A DNA stretch of 64,000 nucleotides from Lama guanicoe (lineage: Eukaryota). Position 1 is the first letter of the stretch; each line of letters opens with the position of its first letter. A program made the translations under genes and the position numbers. This document shows positions 48,382 to 64,000 of the stretch, piece after piece. The stretch spans positions 1-64,000 of the forward strand of contig MU054117.1 of assembly GCA_013239625.1 (NCBI GenBank), in the 5' to 3' direction. Below the pieces are notes generated by a model that had not been told where the DNA came from, did no database searches, and saw nothing but the letters and a program-made list of their open reading frames with translations.

Positions 48382-50799
48382 CGCGGCCGCTCTCCTAGCC
48401 CGCTCGCTCCCGGCTGGGCCTGCCCACCCCAACTGCTCCAGATACGGCCGCCTCCGCTGTCGTGACACCGCGCGGGAGGGGGCCGGGGACAGACATGCGG
48501 GGCCAGCAGCCGGCCGGCAGCATCACAGTGCGGGGGGGCGGGCGGGACGGGGGACCGGGCAGGTCACAATTGCTGCTCCCCGCCCACCAGCGGCTCAGGG
48601 GCTCAGGTCGCGTCCTGGGCGCCGCAAGCGCGGGAATCCCGGGTTCCTGCGCTCCTAGGATCAGCCTTTGTAATTCCAGCTGCTTTTCATTTTAGAATGT
48701 AAAAATGCTGCTAGAATAAATGTTCATCGCTCCCCAAACTTCTTCCTGCTGCCAAACACTAGCTGACCTGCAGGGAAGGCCTGGCCCAAGCAGGGACGGC
48801 ACCTGGTTGGGGTTCAGTTCCCTGCAGCCACCCCAGTCCAGGAGGCTGCGGGGGTGGTGGGGACGCAGGGTTCACGGTGGGAGGAAGGGGGGTCTAAGCT
48901 TTGTGCTTGAGCAAATTGCTGAGCCCCTGCGCTGAAGCCCGTTCCCACCTCCATCAAGTCCTCCCTGGCTGCTGGGGAATTAAAGGAGGTACCCCTTAGT
49001 GAACAGAGCTGGAGCTCAGCACTTCCTCTGCTCCTGTTTCCTCCGCAGCGTGATCTCCCTCCACCACCGTTTTCACATCTTTCTCCTGATCAGTTTATCA
49101 TCAGTCCCTCCTCCTAATTTACCCAGAAAGTGCAGAAGGACATCAGGGTCCTGGCTGCCTCTCTGCTCAGTGACAGAACCTCCTCTTGGTGGCCACAAAT
49201 GATGTGGAAGGGCCAGGGTCTGCCCTACTTCCCCGGGTTGGAGCGGGTGGGACAATGGGGCTGGCCTCGGTAACAGCCCCTCTCCTCTGCTTCAGATTTT
49301 GCCATTTTATTAAACTTCTCCCCATTTCCCTTCCCCTCCCCAGTTTGGTGGTGGGCAGGGTCTTTATTGTTCCCTTGGTCTCACTGCAAACTTCCCCACC
49401 ACAGGCCAGTCCGTGCTGAGTAACCCAGCTTCTGTCTTCGCTCCCCAGGCCCTGACCACCAAGGGCCACGTCACTGCAGGCAAACCCAAGGCTTCTCCAC
49501 AAGGAACTACCACGCGGAGCTTCTCCAGACAGGTGTGGCGCCTCTCCAAGTGTCCAGGCACAGATACAGACTTATCTTCCCTTCCATCCCTGACAGGTGC
49601 CTATCTCTGGCCAGTAGGGTGAGAACACTTTTTTCTTTATTTTATTAGGTAGCAATCTGTTCTGCTGAGCACCATTTCTATATTCTCCTATTTACACTGT
49701 TTCTAGAGGATGAGACACATGTCTTAATCATCTTTCCATCTGAGAGCATCCCAAACACAATGCACTGATATATACAGTACTTAGTAAACTACAAGTTGGA
49801 TTTTGTCTTATACTGGAAGATCCTAAAAATTGAGACTCATGATTAAGCTAAGTGCCAAGCACATGGTAAATCCCCAATAAAGGATGACGGCTAGTTTATT
49901 AACCATTTATTTACTTACCTTCCAAACTCCCGTAGCTTATTTTATTACTTCCTCCATTACACTCATCACCCCTCACTTTGGACCCTTGGTATATGTAAGT
50001 GCGCATGTTTAAGCATCCCTACAAAGCTGGAACACCTTGAAGGCAGGGGTGGTTATACATCTTGGTGTACCCCCCCCTTCAGGGTGCATCAAAGATGCTC
50101 AGTAAACATCGCTGAGTAAACTGACTTCTGAGTTCTCTCTGTGAACCACCAAGTATGTTACGAGCAGGTTCTTGACGTCTCGGGTAAAAACTCTAACAAT
50201 GATACTGGTGATGGCATTCAGCAGCCTCCACTGTCATGGCTCCCTGAACCTCGTGGTCTTTCCCCTTCATGGGGAAGGGGCTGGAGGGGCCACGAGGGAA
50301 GTCGTCTCCTTCACAAGTTGGTGCGAGCTGATCAGAGGCCACCCTGGGCACCCACCCACTGAGGCTGCCCACTGCACCCTAATTCCTCTTCTCCCCTTCC
50401 CCGGCCCCCACCCTCCCCCAGCACCCTACACTTGAAAACACCTGCCGCAGGTGGTCTTCTCACAGAGCCTAGTAGAACCATCCCACTGGTGGCTGAAGTT
50501 ACCTCCCAGATACGTCCGCATATTGGCAGTGAGCTGACTTTAGGGCAGGGGGGCCAATCACAGTGCAGTGAGAGGAACACTGGGTGGGTGGGGAGACTCT
50601 GGTCTCACGCAGGCTGTCACCTGGGGGCATGGCTTCACCTCTCGGGACATCGGGCTCTCCATTTCCTTAACTCACAAAGGGGCTTTAGTAGGTGGTCTTT
50701 CCAGATCAAATGTCCGCCAACCACACTACACGGGCTGCTTCTCTGGACTGGACAGCGCCAGCCCACAGAAATGTCCCATGAGCCCTCTTTAGGCAAGTT

Positions 50800-51068
50800 T
50801 AAACATTCTGGTAGCCCCACAAAAAAAAAGTAAAAGCAAATGAAGTTAATTTTAGTAATAGATTTTATTTGGCCCAATATATCCAAAATATTAATTTCTA
50901 CATGCAATCAATATAAAAATTGAGTTTCCTCTTTTTAGTTCTACGTGTTTGAAATCAGTGTATATGTACAGAATTTGCAGTGCATATTTACATCTCAGCT
51001 TGGACCAGCCACATTTCAAAGGCTCAAAGGCCACCTGTGGCTAGAGGCACGCGCACTGGAAAGCACAG
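50800..51068 (+). mobile_element. MER33/MER3-like hAT DNA transposon remnant
   Basis: 'ccagccacatttcaaaggctcaaaggccacctgtggctag...ctggaaagcacag' terminus and AT-rich interior. Confidence 0.7.
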
Positions 51069-53308
51069 GTGCAAGTGTGACAAGGACGCCCTCCCTTGGC
51101 TTCAGACCTCATCAAGCCAGGAGCTCAGGACTGACTGAAGCAGCAGTCTGCATCCTCAGAAAAGACCCAGGGCACCAGGGAGTGGGCCTGAGTTCTTGTC
51201 TGACTGGGAGGGTGGCTGGTTACCAGACAAGACTGCAGAGCTCAAGACAAACAGGAAGCAGAGAACCCAGGGCCACGTGGTGACTTCGGGACTTCCACAA
51301 CCCAAAACCCACACATGCACCAAAGCACAGAGGCACCCCCCCGTCCGTCAGGTACGTCTGCTCATTCTCTTAAACGCCTCTGAACACCTTCTAACCCCCA
51401 GGCACTCAGCTGGGCAATGGAGACACAGCTATCCTCCTGAGAGCCCTCACCTGGGTTAGGAAGCACACCAGGTACTTCACAAGAGGCTCTCAGTTACTCC
51501 CTGAAAAGTCCCCCTGAGAGAAGAGCCGACTCACAGATGAGGTCAAATCACTCTCCAACACCCACACACCTAGCAAGCAGGAGGGCAGGGACCACACCTG
51601 CCCCATGAACACAAGCCACACCCCGAGCTTCAAAGAGCTCAGTGACTGGAGGCCCCTGAATCCCACAATCACAAAGCCACGGGGTCACCACTACAGAAGG
51701 GGAATGAAGTAGGGCTTGGAGCAGGGGGCTTCAGGAAAGGATTCCCAGAGGCAACCCTTGAGTAAGTCTGGAAGGTCGAGGGGCTTACCAGGCAAAAGTG
51801 GGGCAGGACCCCCAGAGGGATCAGCAGGTGCAAAAGGGAGAGGCGTGAGAGCCGCAGCTTCAGAAAACTGACTGGGCAGCTGGATCAGAGGCCCCAGGTC
51901 AAAGTGGGGGTGTTGGCCAAAACCAGTGCCTGAGGGCCTTAACTTCCATGAAGATAGGTTTTACCCAGGGTGTGAACACGACCAGATTTAAAAATCATTC
52001 CAGAGGAGAGACCTCAAACTAACTGCCTTCCTTCCTTGCAGGGTTCTTCACTCCCAGCTTTGCTGCTGGACCACACCCTAGGACTTAACCACCCCAGGGC
52101 CTGAAGTTTACTTCCTCCACTCTTTTTATGAAAGAGAAGCTGTTGACCTGTAGCTCCTGAAAATCTCAAACGCTGATAAGCCTCCCTGTGCTGCCAAAAG
52201 CCTTCCCTGGCCCACAGCAGGCAGTGCTCTATGCACACTTGCGCAGAAGCAGGCAGGGCTCTCGTGGCCAGAGACAGAAAACACTGAGACATTCAACCCC
52301 AATGCCTCCTCCCTCTGACAAGGAATAAAATTGTTCACTGCCCTCAAAGCCATGCCTCCCCTCCGCCCAGCCCCCTCCACACACTCCTGCCAGCTCACCT
52401 GATTACCCGTTCCATTTTCAGCTCATCAGCCTTTGAGGCTGGCCTACTTTTCAAGGCCATAGGAACAGAAAAACTTGTGCATTATACAAACAATAGAATA
52501 TAACAGAACAACAGGACACAGAAAGGGGAAACCAGCAACCTCGGTGTGTACCAAGGAGGCCAGGGCACAGGCAGAACCTGGTAAACAGCCGCAGTCGAAG
52601 TGCAAACCGCTGCAGGGCAGGGGAGGGGAGAGAGGGCAGAGATACCCGGTGTAACAGAGCTGAGCCTGGCTCAGCCACAACGACCTGGAAAATTGAGCTG
52701 AAGCCCAGGAGGCACCAGGCGAGATCCCCTTACTCAGGGAGAGGAGCACCCCGTGACTCTGGAAGCCATGCCCAATCTGAACGGGCCACCCAGAGGTGCG
52801 GTGATAAACCACCAAACCAGACTCAGGGGAAGAGGGCCCTCTCAGACCTCACCCTGCCCAGGGAGGGCCTGCCCTGGGGGTGACTTTCAGAGGTGAGTGC
52901 TTCAAGCAAGTGGAAGGCCAAGGTCCCCCTACCAGGACCTTGTTCTGAACTTCCAGCTTCATCAACACCAGCCTGAAAAATCAAAACCCTGCCTTTGCAG
53001 GAAGACAGAATGTTTCACAGACACACTCTCCATTCCCAAGCCCCTCCTGAGTGAGGCACCTCTGTGGGGCTTGGGCCCTCCAGCCCCACCTTGTTTCACA
53101 CCACCTACCAAGCCAGCCAAGTGAGGTGCAAAGGGGAGGGTGTTCAGGGAGCAAGACATGGTGTACTGGCCGGATAAGCACCCTTCTAGAATTTGGGTGG
53201 CTGCGCCGGCAGGGCCCAGACAGCAGCAGGAAACAGGCTGCCCTGGAGAGCGACTCTGCTCATCCGCCAGCCTAGGAAGCAGGGGCTGAGGTGAATGAGG
53301 AAGACCTC

Positions 53309-59502
<6,194 letters not shown>

Positions 59503-62217
59503 AGGTGGCCGCCAGCGGCCGCCCTCCAGGGGCTGCGGGGTGTCCGGTGCGGCTTGGGGAGGAGGAAGGGACCTCACGGCCTGGCCCACGACCCTACCGA
59601 GGCCGCAGCCCGAGAAGAAAAGGGCGGCGCGGCTGGGCTCGCCTGCGGCTCCGTCGCGGGACGGCCTGACGCCCTCGGATTTGCAGAGCACGTGTCCCCA
59701 GATACTTGGCCCCGACAAGGACTAGGACCCCCGGGCTCCCGAGGGCCGACCCCGGATCGTCTCTAGGGGCAGGGCCGCAGCCGCGGGCACGGGACCACAA
59801 GCACCGACATGCTCGCTACGCGCGTAGCCCCGGCCAACGCTCGGCGCCCGGCGGCGCGGGGCACTCTGGGAGTTGTAGTTCCGCTCCTGGCGCGGCCACC
59901 CTGCCGGCCCAGACGGGGCCTCGGACTACAAGCCCCAGCATGCCGCGCCCCGGATGCCGTGGCGGTCAGAGGAAGCCGCGAGCTGAAGGGCGAGGCCGGG
60001 CGGGGCGCTGGGCTCCGGCACCTCGGGCTCCTGCTTGTGTCGCCTCCCGCAGCTCCGGGCCAGCTCAGGCCGTCCTCCCGTCGTGTCGCACCGCTCTCCG
60101 GTGGCGAAGACGGAGCCCACACCCGCCGCACAGCGAGTCAGAGCCTCTGTCTCTTGCAAAATAGAGATTTCATGAAAGACAAAGCCGTACCGTGTGCCGT
60201 GCGGTTTACAGTAAAGGACTGGGCAGGGTAAGTGTTCAGTGCGTTGTGGCTGTGTTAGTGATTACTAAGGACTTACACACGTAAGGCACAGCAGTTGTGG
60301 TCAGTGCCTCACTCGGGCTTGGCTGGGCCCTCCCAGGTCTGTGCTCAGCCCGCAGCTCCGGCTCTTCCCAGTTCCCTGCTTTCTGAAATCACTTCGAAGC
60401 GTCTCCCCATGTGATTAGACTAGACAGACCGGCCCGGGGCGGGGTCAGCACCTGCTTCCCTGGTCCCCAGGCTGGGGCTTCAGCTCTCTGCAGAAAGGCC
60501 ACATGGAGAGCTGAGGCAGAAGCATCACTCCATCAGACTCTGGGGATGAGAAGTATGGAGCCTGGAACCATATAAGGTGATAAAGCCAGAGCTTCACTTA
60601 CTCCATAAATGTTAACACCTGCCAAGTGCCGGGCCTGTTCTAAACACTGAGGATCCCACATGAACAAAGGAGACAAAAATGTCTGCCTTTGTGATGCTTC
60701 CCTCATAGTGAAAGGAAACAATTAAAAATAAGCAGGAAAAACACGTATAGCCATATGTCAGATGGTGAAAAATACTAAGGAGAAATAAGAGAAGAGAGCT
60801 TCGGAGTGACAACAGTGACTACATTTAGCTTTGTTTTCTAACAGTGTATCTGGGGTTCGGAGCAGAGCAGAGAGAAGATGTGGCCCTCGTGCTGGGACGA
60901 GCCTGCGTTGCTGGGATCAGTGTTCATTTTGCAGCACTGCCTTTGGGACCAGCACACACTCAGTGTCCCCACTAAGTCCCTCTTCCTCCCCAGGCGGTGT
61001 CCATTCTCACACAGCAAACTTCAGGGGCAAGCACATCTCTGGAGAGTGGATCAGTGCAAGGCTGAAGTTACTGAAATGTTCGACCAGTTGTGCCTCAGAT
61101 TTGACAGCAGAGATGATTAACAATAACATAATTATTGAACTGCAAACAAACAAACAAAAGGTGTTTCTCAGAACTGAAAAATCAGAGAAGCAGTAAATAG
61201 CCCTGAGCAGGCCTGCACAAGCCTGAGCTGAGACCCACACAAGCACACCTCCGCTGCCAGGAGCACCTCCAAGCTTTCACCCCTTCCTAAACCCCTGACC
61301 GGAAGATTCTGGCTGTGCCCAAGTTTCTCCAGGAGAGGGCAACACCGGCCTTAACAAACTGCCCTGCCAGCAGATGTGCTGTGGCTGCCAGAATGAGGTC
61401 AAGATATTTAAGGAAGTGGGAGGTTGCAAAAAACCATATAAAAATAGATTGTGTTCTATTACTGTGTTTTGCCCAGTCCTTGACTAGGCAAGGCTGCGTA
61501 GCAGTCTGTCTGTTGTCACTTAACCTTTAGCATTGCTGTGCCCGCTGACCAATTCATGAAGACCAGTGCTGTGACTCTGCCCCTATCCCTCTCAGAATGT
61601 ACCCAGAACTCAAGGTAAGACACAGCAATGCTAGTTTATTCTGCCCGAGGGAGCGTAAACGGTGTCTTAACAACTCAAGCTTCATGACTCAAGCTTTGAA
61701 ACCACCTTACCTCCCCTTGGAATAAAATAAGAAGTGAAGACAAGGCAGTTCTCTGGGATCTGTAAGGCCTGACCCATGCCAACATTTGTGTTGTTGGGAT
61801 CCTTTCATTTTTGGAAAACTAGGAGAGCAGATGAGACACAGAACCCACAAGTGAGCCGTCCCCAGCCCCCCACGCTCTGGGACCTGCTGTCCTCCCTCCG
61901 TTTGCAGAGCGCTCAGTGTGTCTTGCCTGAACAGGGTCCTGAGGCTGTAATTTGGTCACCTGCTTTGAGCAGGCGATGAGCCCATGTTTCTGTGGCAGGA
62001 AGAGCTCTGGTCTGGGAGGTGAGCTACACCATTTAGAGCCCAGGTGGCCTCTGGAAAGTCAGCTGACTCCTCTGCACCTCAGTTTTCTCATCTGAGGACA
62101 TTGGTACCCACCCCTGTCACACAGGGTGGTTTTGGGGATCAGAAGGGCTTGGGCGGCAGCCTGTAGGACTCTTGAAATCCCGGGAGTAGTTCAAGCCTAA
62201 ATAAGGCGAGATGGTAT

Positions 62218-62838
62218 TGAGACAGGAAGGGGGCAGGGCGCAGCTATCCAAGGACTGCTACAGCAATTAACATCAAAATGGTGAAAGATTCAACCCCGAG
62301 CAGGCCTTCAGGCTCAAGACGATGGGAGATTAACTTTCAGCAGATCTTGAGCTTCATTATACGCCCATTGTAATATTAGCATGGTGAATAACACGCCCAC
62401 AGGTGCCGTGGCAGTCCCAAGGCTGGCCGCAAAAGGTCAGAGTGGGAGATGGCGAACTTCCTGGGAACCCCAGCCCCTTCCCCAGGCTACTTAGACTGGC
62501 CCTTCCACTTATTAGCATATGAAGCCACCTAGCCCATAAAAACTGGCAACACCGCCTCCCGGCCGCCCCTCTCTCTCCCTCTTCAGAGACAGCCCACATT
62601 CTGTCTATGAATTATGTACCTACTTTTAATCTGAGCACCCAACCCCCACACCTCATGGCCCTTCTCTTGCCTTTCAATGTATCTCTCTGAATAAATCTAC
62701 CTTTACTCAACTGTGGCTTGCTCTTGAATTCTTTCCTGCACGAAGCCAAGGACCCACACTTGGCGGGGCACGCCCCAGAGACTCAACCGAAGCCTGGGAC
62801 ACGGCCCTACACGCCCCACATCCGTTTTTCCTGCATCA
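62218..62838 (+). mobile_element. Solo ERV1-type LTR (~620 bp)
   Basis: TG...CA termini, near-match 4-bp flanks GTAT/GTCT, TATA-like CATAAAA ~62535, AATAAA 62690-62695 followed by U5-like 'ctcttgaattctttcctgcacgaagccaaggaccc'. Confidence 0.8.
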
Positions 62839-64000
62839 GTCTAATATGCTGGGGGTGGGGGGGGCGGTGACTAAGAAGAAGAAGGAATCTAATTCTACCT
62901 CCAAGTTCTGGAATCTCACTTTCTGACTTGGAATCTGACTCTTGACTCGTCCTTACAGAGTCAGAGACGCCCACGTCCACATCAGCCCAGCCTGTTCTGC
63001 CCTTTCCAAGCTGGCTGTGCGTTTCATGACAGTGGACAGCACCTCTGGACGTGTCTCTTCCAGCCAGAGCCCCTCAGTACAGGGACCTCAGGGGTAAAGC
63101 TGTGCACGCAGTAGGGTCTATGGTGCCTGGTGTGAACCTTTGGCCAAAAGCAAGCCAAAGAGAGAAGTATTGTCAGGTAGGGATGGTGTTTTTCCAGGAT
63201 GGTCAAGGGCGTGCCTCCCTTTCTCCAGAACTTCGTCAGTTAGATGGCATTTTTATGGCTCCTTTTTAAAACCTGGACTTGGCGTTCAGGGCAGAACTCA
63301 GTGCTTGCTGCTTTCTCCTCTCCGTGTAGATGCAGCAGAACTCTTGCTTTGCTCCTGTGTCTGAGAAGACATCTTCATCACCGTCATCTGTCCGGTACTT
63401 GACAGGCCCAGTAACAGGGTCTGGTGTTAACTGTGCCAGGTGCTGGTCTGAGTGCCTTACATCCAACTCGCTTTAATCATCAACAGCCTGTGACAAGAGC
63501 CCTGGCCTTGTCCCCATTTTGTAGATGAAGAAGCCAAGGCAACAGAGATGTCACAGAAGGAGTGCAGGGGTAGGTGGGGCTGAAATACAGGCAGTTTGGC
63601 CCCAGCCTTTCTTCTGAACGAATCCGTAGAACTGGCTGTACAGAATGGTGAGCACCACGTGCAAGGCCAGAAGCTGGGACACGTGCCCCCACACAGCCCC
63701 CCAAAAATGAGACCCGTGGAGGTGTCTCCAGATACTGACACCCCAGCCACCCTCTTCCTGTGAGTAGTTTGTGGCATTCCTTCTAGGGCTCTCTTTCTGT
63801 TTCCTAGGAAATAGCCAATAAACTCAGTCACCCTGGGTGATAGAATTTCAGAGCTGGAAGGAGCCTTACTCCACAGTCTAGAAACTGAGGCTGGGAGGTA
63901 GTGCCACAGCTGCTGTCACAGCTGAAGATTGCGCATCCCTGCCCCACCGAGGACCCACCTCGGCTTCAGATGCTTCCTCACCAACGCGGAGATTCCCGTG

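Overview
Mammalian genomic DNA, probably camelid (inferred from vic-1-like tRNA-derived SINEs), that starts in a telomeric repeat array. Three spliced genes lie in tandem on the minus strand: USP18 (coding exons 1265-~13800, CpG-island/ISRE promoter ~21.4-22.0 kb), TUBA8 (34808-48381, 449 aa) and PEX26 (53309-59502, 299 aa). This is the PEX26-TUBA8-USP18 block known from human 22q11.21. Exon boundaries were read by hand and give GT-AG introns with consistent phases; only the first coding exon of USP18 is ambiguous. The USP18-TUBA8 gap holds a processed HSPA8 pseudogene split by a young L1, plus nested L1 insertions. Most notable: (1) USP18 ends only ~300-450 bp from telomeric repeats and is transcribed towards them, with no subtelomeric buffer; (2) USP18 exon 2 seems unable to encode the long N-terminus known from human, implying a shorter ~321-326 aa protein; (3) a 14-unit hairpin-core/(GT)n compound minisatellite in USP18 intron 3; (4) a possibly bidirectional PEX26 promoter. 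I found no convincing wholly new gene system. Comparisons with human sequences and repeat-family names are from memory, not from searches.
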